DNA of 62,225 bases from NCBI GenBank assembly GCA_011056635.1, contig DSEO01000260.1, positions 1-62,225 of the forward strand, in the 5' to 3' direction. Every line of letters starts with the position of its first letter. Position 1 is the stretch's first letter. This document shows, piece by piece, positions 19,077 through 28,083 of this stretch. The notes below the pieces were generated by a model that was not told the DNA's origin, did not search any database, and worked only from the letters and a program-made list of their open reading frames with translations. The DNA is from Bacteroides sp. (lineage in GTDB: Bacteria; Bacteroidota; Bacteroidia; Bacteroidales; GCA-2748055). A program made the translations under genes and the position numbers.

Positions 19077-19934
19077 TTAAACGAAAAAACACCCGACCTT
19101 CAGATCGGGATGGAGCCTGGCCAGCTCCATGGCCCGCTGCCGGCCTGCACTGAACAAAGCGGTTGAAAATACTTCAGCCCTGACCGGATCAGTGGCTGTT
19201 ACGCTCACCAGTCCATTTCCCTCCCTGGTACGAAGTGTTTCCGGATTCACAATATGGCCCGAATTTCCGAATTTTTTTCGGTTGTTCAAAGAATTTCCAC
19301 TGGTGGATAACGTTTCATCCTTCAGTTCGAATGTAAGGCCGTCGCTGTTTCCGGGAACGGGGACGGAGATTTTCCAGCTGTTCCCGTAAGGATGTGAACC
19401 CAGTCCGTATACCAGGCTGCCCCCGAAACTGATCAGCGCATTCTCAACACCTTTGGATGTCATGATCTCCAGTATTTTTCTCATGGCATATCCCTTCCCG
19501 TAGCCTCCCAGGTCAATTTGCATCCCCTTTTTCATGAACCTGATCCGGTCCCCTTCCAGCCGGAGATGTTCCATTCCGGCAGCTCCGGTGATGTGATCCG
19601 GAACAGCACCTGCTGCCGCTCCGTGTTCAAGGAAGAAATCGAGCACAGGCTTCATGGTCACGTCAAAAAAGCCCCGGGTCTCCTGGTGAAACAGGAATAA
19701 TTCATTGAAAATACCGGCCATTTCCCGGTCCAGGGTAACCATCCCCTTGGATGCGGCACGGTTGATCACTGAAATATCCGAATCCGGCCTGTAGACCGAG
19801 AGTCGCTGCTCAATACGCCCCAGTTCCGCACGCATTTCCTTCACCAGCAAATCGGCATACGCATCCTGGGAACCCGGCAACACCAGGTCCATGACTGTTC
19901 CCATCGATCTTATCTGCCTGTAGATTGTTTGCAT
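19077..19934 (-). CDS. apbE: FAD:protein FMN transferase
   Basis: ApbE-family motifs (MGTVMDLV, LGGYGKGYA, SISTSGN-like LSTSGNS). Confidence 0.75.
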   Translation of the reverse strand: MQTIYRQIRSMGTVMDLVLPGSQDAYADLLVKEMRAELGRIEQRLSVYRPDSDISVINRAASKGMVTLDREMAGIFNELFLFHQETRGFFDVTMKPVLDFFLEHGAAAGAVPDHITGAAGMEHLRLEGDRIRFMKKGMQIDLGGYGKGYAMRKILEIMTSKGVENALISFGGSLVYGLGSHPYGNSWKISVPVPGNSDGLTFELKDETLSTSGNSLNNRKKFGNSGHIVNPETLRTREGNGLVSVTATDPVRAEVFSTALFSAGRQRAMELARLHPDLKVGCFFV

Positions 19935-19993
19935 GTCCAGGTTTTATGACTGCCGCTTTTTTTCTAAATTGCCGGACAAAGCAGGATCATTTT

Positions 19994-21091
19994 ATGCAAC
20001 CGGTGCAAGCAGCCCTGTGTTCCTATGGTATGTCCGGACAGGTTTTTCATGGCCCGCTGCTGGAGGCACATCCCGGGTTCAAAATTACAAAGATACTTGA
20101 AAGGACAAGGAATGACTCGGAAGGAAGGCATCCATCAGCCCGGATCACAAGGCAATTTTCTTCCATCCTCCGTGATCCGGCAGTTGAACTGGTCGTCATT
20201 AACACCCCCGATCATCTGCATTATGAGATGACAGGTGAAGCCCTTGAGGCGGGCAAGCATGTGGTGGTGGAAAAACCCTTCACGCTGAAGTATTCCCATG
20301 CTGCGGAACTGGTCCGGATGGCCAGCAATAAGGGATTGTTGCTGACCGTGTTCCAGAACCGGCGGTGGGACGGGGATTTCCTCACTGTGAAAGAGCTCAT
20401 TGAAAGCGCAAAACTGGGCAGGCTGGTGGAATTTGAGTCCCACTTCGACCGTTACCGCAACTATATACAGGATTCCTGGAAGGACAGCGGGAGCTCGGGA
20501 ACGGGGACCCTCTACAACCTGGGTTCACACCTGATCGATCAGGCCCTGCTGCTTTTCGGGATGCCCGGCAGCCTGTTCTGCGACAGCCGGCTTCTCCGTG
20601 AAGGGGCAAAAACCGATGACAGCTTTGACCTGTTTCTCCGTTATCCCGGTGTGAAATGTCTGCTGCGCAGCAGTTACCTGGTACGGGAACCGGGACCGCG
20701 TTTCATGTTGCACGGAACGGAGGGCAGTTATCTGAAATGGGGTGTGGATCCCCAGGAAGCAGCAATGAAATCGGGGGCGATTCCGGGATCCGGGGACTGG
20801 GGCATGGAACCGGAATCGGACTGGGGCAGGATCAACACGACATGCAACGGAAAACATCTGGAAGGACCCTATCCCACAAGGCCGGGGAATTATCCTGCTT
20901 TTTATGACAATGTCTATGAAGCCATCCGGTTGAACGCGCCCCCCGCGGTTTCACCGGAAGCGGCCGCTGATGTGGTGATGATCATCGAGGCGGCCTATGA
21001 AAGCAGCCGGACGGGCCGGGTGGTGGGGTTGAAGGAATTCACTGCTTCCCGGGAGTTCAGACAGCGGTCTGCGGGGGACCGAACAGCCTGA
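19994..21091 (+). CDS. Gfo/Idh/MocA-family oxidoreductase (cytoplasmic)
   Basis: Family motifs VVINTPDHLHYEMTGEALEAGKHVVVEKPF and NRRWDGDF. Start at ATG 19994. Confidence 0.8.
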   Translation: MQPVQAALCSYGMSGQVFHGPLLEAHPGFKITKILERTRNDSEGRHPSARITRQFSSILRDPAVELVVINTPDHLHYEMTGEALEAGKHVVVEKPFTLKYSHAAELVRMASNKGLLLTVFQNRRWDGDFLTVKELIESAKLGRLVEFESHFDRYRNYIQDSWKDSGSSGTGTLYNLGSHLIDQALLLFGMPGSLFCDSRLLREGAKTDDSFDLFLRYPGVKCLLRSSYLVREPGPRFMLHGTEGSYLKWGVDPQEAAMKSGAIPGSGDWGMEPESDWGRINTTCNGKHLEGPYPTRPGNYPAFYDNVYEAIRLNAPPAVSPEAAADVVMIIEAAYESSRTGRVVGLKEFTASREFRQRSAGDRTA

Positions 21092-21815
21092 ATCTGGCCA
21101 GTCCGGACTTCTGCAGCCTGTATTGCAACGAAACCCTCAGAACACCGAATCCATAGGTGATGCTTCTCCGGAGATCAATGGAAGAAGCTTCTTCAAAATA
21201 GCGGGTGGGACAGCTGATTTCCGCAATCTCGTATCCCTTGAAAAAGATCTGGGCCAGCATCTGGTTATCAAACACAAAATCGTCCGAGTTCTCCTGGTAA
21301 TTAATGGATGTGAGCACCTCCCGGGAAAAGGCCCGGTACCCGGTGTGATATTCCGATAGTTTCTGGTTCAGCAGCAGATTCTGGATGAAAGTCAGGATGC
21401 GGTTGGCCAGGTACTTATACAATGGCATTCCTCCCCTGAGCGCACCTTTTCCCAGGATCCGCGATCCAAGGACCACCTCGTACATGCCGCAGGCAATGAG
21501 ATGGCACATGGACGGGATAAGCCGCGGGGTATACTGGTAATCGGGATGAAGCATCACAACGATGTCCGAATCCAGCTCCAGGGCCCTGCGGTAACAGCTC
21601 TTCTGATTCCCTCCGTATCCCAGGTTGCTTGCATGCCTGATGACATGCCCGATCCCCAGCCTCTGTGCCACCTGGACGGTTTGATCGTTGCTCCGGTCAT
21701 CTACCAGGATCACATGGTCCACGATGTCGAATGGGATCTCCCGGTAGGTAGCCTCCAGTGTTTTTGCCGCATTGTATGCCGGCAGCACCACGGTGATCGA
21801 TTTTCCGTCAATCAT
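21057..21815 (-). CDS. GT2 glycosyltransferase (polyprenyl-phosphate sugar synthase, ArnC/DPM1-like)
   Basis: ITVVLPAYNAAKTLE and ILVDDRSNDQT (DxD region); 252 aa and soluble. Overlaps the GT39 gene by 8 nt. Confidence 0.75.
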   Translation of the reverse strand: MIDGKSITVVLPAYNAAKTLEATYREIPFDIVDHVILVDDRSNDQTVQVAQRLGIGHVIRHASNLGYGGNQKSCYRRALELDSDIVVMLHPDYQYTPRLIPSMCHLIACGMYEVVLGSRILGKGALRGGMPLYKYLANRILTFIQNLLLNQKLSEYHTGYRAFSREVLTSINYQENSDDFVFDNQMLAQIFFKGYEIAEISCPTRYFEEASSIDLRRSITYGFGVLRVSLQYRLQKSGLARFRLFGPPQTAV

Positions 21816-23472
21816 CTTTTCCTGCGGCTCTTTTCACCGTTAAAACGAATCCGTTATTCTCACGCAGCACTTCCAGTTCCGGATATCGTTCGAGGTACTG
21901 CGCTTTCTTGTCCACCTTGATCACGAAATAGGCATCCCTGTCCGCCGCATGGTCCAGCAGCCACTCCGCCCGGTCCGTTTCAGGATCATCAGGCGGCTGC
22001 TTTTCGGAATAAAAAAGGTGTGCATAGCTCTTGTAACCCAGGGTATTCACATGTACATCCCTGTCCTTAAGCTCTTTGAAGAATTTGATTGCGGCCCGCT
22101 GGGTATATCCCTCGATCCGGTCGGTGAAGATATAGATGGATGCTGCCACGAAAAGCAAGGTGACAAGATGAAGCATCACCATCCCGACGGGATTCCTCCT
22201 GAGGACCTGAATGAGGGAGAATGTGCCCCCGGCAAACAGGAACACACCGATGAGCCATTCATAGCCGCTCCAATGCACCTCGGCCTGCAGCGCACTCCTG
22301 GTGAAGGTATCCAGAAATCCCAGATTCCTGTCCAGCAGCCACTGAGGATGGGTGAGTGCCAGCGGGAGGACAATGGCCAATCCGCTGAAGAGAAGTGTGA
22401 TCACCCACAGGAGGATCACCTGCCAGCTGCCGATCTCCAGCTTTCTGTCCAGCCACTTCTCCCACACCCATGCGGCCAGGAAGGTAAGCGGAAAATAAGT
22501 CAGTGAGCTATAGTGCAGGATCTTGGTTTTAACGATGGAAAAAAGGATGAGCACCACCCAGAACATGATGTACATCCATTGCCTGAATAACCGCTGAAGC
22601 TCCCGCTGCTCCGATTTTTTTGTAAAACTTTTCATGGCGATCACCGATGCCGGGAAAACCCCCAGCAGGACCACCACCAGGTGGTATGCGAAGAAACCGC
22701 TGTGCCCTGCGTCGTAGGTGGAAAACAACCGGATCTGATAGGCGATGAAGTCCCTGAGGATGTGACTGTTCCCGTTCAGTACCTGCAGCAGGAACCAGGT
22801 ACCTCCCGTAAGGGTGATTACCAGGATGAACAATCCCACATGACCGGGTGTGGTCGACAGCCTGAAGCGTTTCAATCCGAGGAATATCAGGAAACAGATC
22901 AGGAAAATAAGGATCGCCACAGGTCCCTTGGTGAGAACTGCCAGACCGAAGAAAAGGGCTGACAGGATGATACTCCGGACCCTTTTCTCCCTGCGCTCCG
23001 GATCCAGGTAAAACACAAACCAGGCAATGCCCATGAAAATAAAAAGGTTGAACCAGGGATCGATGATCCCCGATTTGAAATAGAAAAACGGCAGGATAGC
23101 CGCACCGTATGAAAGCACCCACAGGATCCCGAAACGATGACCATAAAGCCTTCTTCCCAGATAGTACAACAGTGACAGTGACGCGATCCCGCACAGGAAA
23201 TTGGGAAACCGTGCTGCAAATTCATTGATCCCGAACATCTTCATGGATGCCACCTGCAGCCAGAAAAAAAGCGGGGGTTTTTCCCAGAAGGGTTCAAAAT
23301 CGATCTGAACGGTCACATAATCCCCGGTGACGATCATTTCCCTCGCCGATTCGGCGAAGTTGATCTCATCCCAGTCAAAAAGGTGCACCGATCCCAGAAA
23401 GGGCAGCAGGAACGTTAACGAGAATGCAAGTATCCCCAGGTATACAAATACCGATTTGTTTTTCACCCTCAT
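21808..23472 (-). CDS. GT-C (family 39 / ArnT-like) polytopic glycosyltransferase
   Basis: More than 10 TM helices; first periplasmic loop carries an acidic motif (FDWDEINFAESAREM). Start at ATG 23472, forming an ATGA overlap with the PAP2 stop. Confidence 0.7.
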   Translation of the reverse strand: MRVKNKSVFVYLGILAFSLTFLLPFLGSVHLFDWDEINFAESAREMIVTGDYVTVQIDFEPFWEKPPLFFWLQVASMKMFGINEFAARFPNFLCGIASLSLLYYLGRRLYGHRFGILWVLSYGAAILPFFYFKSGIIDPWFNLFIFMGIAWFVFYLDPERREKRVRSIILSALFFGLAVLTKGPVAILIFLICFLIFLGLKRFRLSTTPGHVGLFILVITLTGGTWFLLQVLNGNSHILRDFIAYQIRLFSTYDAGHSGFFAYHLVVVLLGVFPASVIAMKSFTKKSEQRELQRLFRQWMYIMFWVVLILFSIVKTKILHYSSLTYFPLTFLAAWVWEKWLDRKLEIGSWQVILLWVITLLFSGLAIVLPLALTHPQWLLDRNLGFLDTFTRSALQAEVHWSGYEWLIGVFLFAGGTFSLIQVLRRNPVGMVMLHLVTLLFVAASIYIFTDRIEGYTQRAAIKFFKELKDRDVHVNTLGYKSYAHLFYSEKQPPDDPETDRAEWLLDHAADRDAYFVIKVDKKAQYLERYPELEVLRENNGFVLTVKRAAGKDD

Positions 23473-24137
23473 CTGCGTATTATTTTGGGCAGGGATTCCT
23501 GGAGCCACCTGCGGTCATATCTTTTTATCCACCACCAGGCCAGGTATCCCGAAAGCATGCCGACCACAGCTCCCCCCGTGACATCCGCCAGGAAATGCTG
23601 CGACAGGTAGATCCGGGAGTATGCCACTCCTGTTGCCAGGATCAGTGCCAGCAACTGGGCCCATTTTGCTTTCAAAATTAATGATATTCCAAAAAAAAGT
23701 GCAAATGCGGCGGCAGTATGACCCGAGGGAAAACCGTACCATGAATGCAGTTCAATCCCGGGGACCAGGTAAAGCTCCTGGTCCGGTACCAGGAGTTCAA
23801 AATACTTGACCGGCCTGGCAGCGTGACTGAAAAAAAGATGTTTCATCAGCTGGACGGTGATGCCCGCAATGGCATATCCTGCAAAAAGGATCAGGGTATA
23901 CCGGAACCGGATCAGCAGCGTGATCAGAATGACAGCCAGGGCTCCCAGTCCGCTTCCCAACAGGGTCCATGCCCTGAACAGGCCATCCATGAAAGGATTG
24001 TGCAGGCTGTTGACCGCCACGTGGATCGTTTCACTGGGGATCGCCATGCAAACGATCGCTGCAGTCAGTATCAGGATCACCGACGGAAGCAGGAACCAGT
24101 TGTGTAAAAGATCGCTTTGGATATTTCCCTTTGCCAT
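23469..24137 (-). CDS. PAP2-family lipid phosphatase
   Basis: All three acid-phosphatase motifs are present: KHLFFSHAARP, FPSGHTA, SRIYLSQHFLADV. Start placed at ATG 24137 (MAKGNIQ...). Confidence 0.8.
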   Translation of the reverse strand: MAKGNIQSDLLHNWFLLPSVILILTAAIVCMAIPSETIHVAVNSLHNPFMDGLFRAWTLLGSGLGALAVILITLLIRFRYTLILFAGYAIAGITVQLMKHLFFSHAARPVKYFELLVPDQELYLVPGIELHSWYGFPSGHTAAAFALFFGISLILKAKWAQLLALILATGVAYSRIYLSQHFLADVTGGAVVGMLSGYLAWWWIKRYDRRWLQESLPKIIRR

Positions 24138-24168
24138 GATAAAATGATCCCGTGGTGCCGGGATCGCC

Positions 24169-24176
24169 CAAAAGTA
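24169..24176 (-). promoter_or_regulatory. Candidate -7 box (TACTTTTG) for the PAP2-GT39-GT2 operon
   Basis: The plus strand reads CAAAAGTA, which is TACTTTTG on the minus strand. It lies about 32 nt upstream of ATG 24137. Confidence 0.4.
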
Positions 24177-24215
24177 CGAAAATTGGATCATAGAAAAGTG
24201 CGTCAATATTTTTTT

Positions 24216-24223
24216 TACTTTTG
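24216..24223 (+). promoter_or_regulatory. Candidate -7 box (TACTTTTG) for galK
   Basis: TACTTTTG lies 24 nt upstream of ATG 24247 and is preceded by a T-run. Confidence 0.4.
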
Positions 24224-24246
24224 GGTTCGAACCAAAACCGGAGCGG

Positions 24247-25407
24247 ATGAATACCGAGGAACTCAGGGACACCATGAACAGGCTGTATGGCCCGTCAGAT
24301 AATCCCGTCACAGTCTATTTCTCACCAGGAAGGGTCAACCTGATCGGCGAGCACACCGATTACAACGGAGGGTATGTACTCCCCTGTGCACTTACTTTCG
24401 GCACCTATCTTCTGGTCAGGAAGAACGGGAGCCGGAAGGTGCTGTTCGCCACCACCAATTTTGACCACAGGGGTGAGGTGAACCTGGATGAACCCTTCGA
24501 AAAGGAAGGCAAGTCCTGGATCAACTACCCGGTCGGGGTGTTGAATGAATTCCGGAAAATGGCACTGGAAACAGCAGGGATGGACCTGCTTTATTCGGGG
24601 GATATTCCCAACGGGGCCGGACTTTCATCCTCAGCTTCCATTGAAATGGTAACCGCATTCGCCATGAACGACCTGTTCGGGTTCGGACTGGACCGGATGA
24701 ACCTTGCGAAACTATCCCAGCGAGCTGAAAACCTGTTCGTGGGAGTGAATTGCGGGATCATGGATCAGTTCGCATCCGGACTGGGTCGGAAGGACCATGC
24801 CCTGTTCCTCAACTGCGACACGCTGGAATACGAAAGGGTGCCGCTCAGGCTGGATGGAAAGAAGATCGTGATCGTCAATACCAATAAGCGAAGGGGACTG
24901 GCCGACTCAAAATACAACGAGCGAAGGGCCCAGTGCGAGGAAGCTGTGGATGCCCTTCGCAAAGGAAAACCCATCAGGCACCTGAGTGATCTGACCCTGG
25001 AGGAATTCGAACAATTCGCGCACCTGATCCCCGATGAAGTGGTCCTGAAAAGGGCAAGGCACGTGATCTCGGAAAACAACCGTGCCCTGGAGGCGGTGGA
25101 AGCCCTGAAGACGGGAGATATCGGCAGATTCGGCAAACTGATGTACCAGTCCCACCACTCCCTGCGGGATGACTACGAAGTCACCGGTCACGAGCTTGAT
25201 TCCCTGGTGGAAGAAGCCGGGAAAATCAGTGGCACCATCGGAAGCAGAATGACAGGTGCCGGATTTGGCGGCTGCACGGTCAGTATCGTCACGGACGATT
25301 CCGTGCAGCGTTTTATCCGTGAGGTCGGATCCGGCTATGCGAAACAGACAGGTTTGCAGGCCGACTTCTATGTAGCCGAGATCGGTGACGGATCAAAACG
25401 GATGTGA
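24247..25407 (+). CDS. galK: Galactokinase
   Basis: GRVNLIGEHTDYNGG signature, GHMP kinase motif PNGAGLSSSAS, and C-terminal GAGFGGC. Confidence 0.92.
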   Translation: MNTEELRDTMNRLYGPSDNPVTVYFSPGRVNLIGEHTDYNGGYVLPCALTFGTYLLVRKNGSRKVLFATTNFDHRGEVNLDEPFEKEGKSWINYPVGVLNEFRKMALETAGMDLLYSGDIPNGAGLSSSASIEMVTAFAMNDLFGFGLDRMNLAKLSQRAENLFVGVNCGIMDQFASGLGRKDHALFLNCDTLEYERVPLRLDGKKIVIVNTNKRRGLADSKYNERRAQCEEAVDALRKGKPIRHLSDLTLEEFEQFAHLIPDEVVLKRARHVISENNRALEAVEALKTGDIGRFGKLMYQSHHSLRDDYEVTGHELDSLVEEAGKISGTIGSRMTGAGFGGCTVSIVTDDSVQRFIREVGSGYAKQTGLQADFYVAEIGDGSKRM

Positions 25408-25417
25408 TCCTGAAGGA

Positions 25418-28006
25418 TCAGCGGACCTTCAGGCTGGTTGAGAGCTGACCTGCCTCATCGGAGGACGGTCCGACCAGAATATCAAACCAGCCGGGTTCCA
25501 CCCTGTAATCTCCCTGCGCAATGTCATAGTAAGCCAGCTCATCCGGGCCCAGGGTCATGGTGACAGTCACGGTTTCCCCGGCATTGATCCATACCCTTTC
25601 AAATCCGCGAAGGTCCTTCAGCGGTCTCTCCTCCTTTGATTCCACATCCCTGATATAAAGCTGAACCACCTCTTCGCCGCCCATTTTCCCTGTATTGGTC
25701 ACATCCACACTCACCGTGATCTCCTCGGACGGGGTGATCTCTTCCTTCTCCAGGATCAGGTTCTCATACGCGAATGTGGTATAGCTCAGCCCGTAACCGA
25801 ATGGATACAGCACCTCGCCGTCAAAATACCTGTAGGTCTTTCCCTGCATATGATAATCCTTGAAATCTGGCAGATCGTTGACGGACCTGTAAAATGTAAC
25901 GGGCAGTCTGCCAGCTGGATTATAATCACCGAAGAGCACATCCGCCACAGCTGTTCCGCCGGCTTCGCCGGGATACCATGCCTGCAGGATGCCATCCACG
26001 TGCTCGTTTTCCCAGTTGATGGAGATGGCTGAACCGGACATGAGGACCAGTGTGACCGGTTTTCCGGTGGCGGCAATGCGGCGTATAAGTTGCTGCTGCA
26101 CCTCCGGCAGATCCAGCGAAGTCCTGTCGCCCCCTTCAAATCCTTCCAGCTGGAATCCCCGCATCTCCTCACCTTCCAGGCGGGCATTCAATCCCATCAC
26201 CAGCACCACATGATCAGCCCATGCTGCCATTCGAAGGGCCTCCTGCGTCAGTTGCAGGTCCGGTTCCAGCCAGTTCAGCGTACAGGTGGCATCTCCCCGC
26301 CAGTCACGCAGGAGCACTTTGAAGGGATAGGGGTGCCCGGCTTTCAGTTCCCTGTCCATTCGCCCCATACCCCAGCGGTTCCTGAGGGTATCGCCGTCAA
26401 AGATCAGCTGTGCGCCCCTGCCTTCCGTACCGATGGAATGAAGGCCGTTCTTCCTGGGGACAAGATACCCGCTCCATTCCACACAGTATGCGTCATTGGT
26501 AAGCCCTTCCACGGGAGGTTCCCCGTCCCACCAGTATACATCGATCAGCGGGTCGGTCCGCTCGGCCACGGGTTCTCCCTCACATTCCAAATTCGGATAG
26601 TATTTGCCGGTAATTCCCTGCTCTGACAGACCGGCATCCACATAGAGCACCTCGGCCGGGACGGTAAAGGGGTAAGGCATCTCCTGGTGGTGGGGTGATC
26701 CAAGGGCGTACCTTACCTCTGCGCTCTCACCCAGCCTGGTTTTGATTCCCTGGTACACACTTACCGGGTTCACCGGAAACCCGTTATAATTCCCGTACTG
26801 TGTGATCACATTGTCCGCATTGGGACCGATCACCGCCACTTTTTTCAGGTCTTTGCTGAGTGGCAGCGCACCATTTTCATTTTTCAGGAGGACCATGGAC
26901 TTTCTGGCCATTTCAAGGGCTACCCTGCTGTGTTCGGGACTGGAAACCGCCTCATAGGGAGTATCCGACCAGGGGACCATCTCATCGGGATCGAACATGC
27001 CCAGTTTCATCCGGGCAAGCATCAGTCGCTCCACCGACACACCGATCTGCTCTTCGGTGATCAGTCCCTGGTTCACAGCTTCCACCAGCGCGGGATAGAC
27101 ACTTCCGCAATTGAGGTCGGTACCTGAAAGGACGCCCAGTGCAGCGGCTTCCTCCCTGGTGGAGACCACATCGTGCCCTGAATAAAAATCCCTGATGGCG
27201 CCGCAGTCCGATACGATGTATCCTTCGAATCCCAGCTCACCCCTCAAAAGTTCCTGCTGCATCCAGGCACTTCCGCAGCAGGGCTCTCCCATGTAACGGT
27301 TGTATGCACACATGACCGAATATACTTTTCCCTCCTCCACGGTTTTTTTAAACGCGGGCAGATAGGTGTCCCTGAAATCCCTTTCGTTGGTCACCGCATC
27401 GAACTCATGCCGGAGGGGTTCCGGTCCGCTGTGCACCGCATAATGTTTCGAAGTGGCCACCACCTTGAAATAACGGTCATGGTCCCCCTGGAGTCCCCTG
27501 ATGAACTGAACACCCAGCTCGCCCGTCAGATAGGGATCCTCTCCGTAGGTCTCGTGTCCCCTTCCCCACCTGGGATCCCTGAATATGTTGATATTGGGCG
27601 ACCAGAAGGTAAGTCCCTGGTACCTTTCCCTGCTTCCCCTGGAAACAAAATCATTGTATTTGGCCCTGGCTTCGGTGGAGGTGATGTCCGCCATCCGGTA
27701 CATCAGGTCCCGGTCAAATGCAGCAGCCATTCCGATGGCCTGGGGAAATACCGTGGCCTTCCCCGCCCTGGCTACCCCGTGCAGGCATTCATTCCACCAG
27801 TCATACTGCGGGATCCCCAGGTGATCAACGGCTGCCGCGGCATTGGTGAGCTGACTGACCTTCTCTTCAAGGGTCATTCTGGAAACCAGGTCTTTTGCCC
27901 GCTCCTCAAAATCGAGCCTGGTATTCTGATAGGGATATTGCACGGGTGCGTTGCAAGAATAAAATGCGCCCAGAAGCATCAGCGTTAAAATTTGTACAGA
28001 TTTCAT
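25418..28006 (-). CDS. GH3 beta-glucosidase/beta-xylosidase with inserted PA14-like domain
   Basis: KHYAVHSGPE and the nucleophile region YIVSDCGAI; C-terminal fibronectin-like domain; signal peptide from ATG 28006 (MKSVQILTLMLLGAF). Confidence 0.85.
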   Translation of the reverse strand: MKSVQILTLMLLGAFYSCNAPVQYPYQNTRLDFEERAKDLVSRMTLEEKVSQLTNAAAAVDHLGIPQYDWWNECLHGVARAGKATVFPQAIGMAAAFDRDLMYRMADITSTEARAKYNDFVSRGSRERYQGLTFWSPNINIFRDPRWGRGHETYGEDPYLTGELGVQFIRGLQGDHDRYFKVVATSKHYAVHSGPEPLRHEFDAVTNERDFRDTYLPAFKKTVEEGKVYSVMCAYNRYMGEPCCGSAWMQQELLRGELGFEGYIVSDCGAIRDFYSGHDVVSTREEAAALGVLSGTDLNCGSVYPALVEAVNQGLITEEQIGVSVERLMLARMKLGMFDPDEMVPWSDTPYEAVSSPEHSRVALEMARKSMVLLKNENGALPLSKDLKKVAVIGPNADNVITQYGNYNGFPVNPVSVYQGIKTRLGESAEVRYALGSPHHQEMPYPFTVPAEVLYVDAGLSEQGITGKYYPNLECEGEPVAERTDPLIDVYWWDGEPPVEGLTNDAYCVEWSGYLVPRKNGLHSIGTEGRGAQLIFDGDTLRNRWGMGRMDRELKAGHPYPFKVLLRDWRGDATCTLNWLEPDLQLTQEALRMAAWADHVVLVMGLNARLEGEEMRGFQLEGFEGGDRTSLDLPEVQQQLIRRIAATGKPVTLVLMSGSAISINWENEHVDGILQAWYPGEAGGTAVADVLFGDYNPAGRLPVTFYRSVNDLPDFKDYHMQGKTYRYFDGEVLYPFGYGLSYTTFAYENLILEKEEITPSEEITVSVDVTNTGKMGGEEVVQLYIRDVESKEERPLKDLRGFERVWINAGETVTVTMTLGPDELAYYDIAQGDYRVEPGWFDILVGPSSDEAGQLSTSLKVR

Positions 28007-28083
28007 GTGCAGCGAATTTAAGTTTGGTAAGGTCAATGTGGCTTGTGTTGACTTTGGAATGATAAATATAACAAATCAGTCCC

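Noticed and set aside
24223-24233. tRNA T-arm-like GGGTTCGAACC
   Set aside because: No acceptor stem, D-arm or anticodon arm can be built around it. It is simply a 10-bp palindrome in the galK 5' region.
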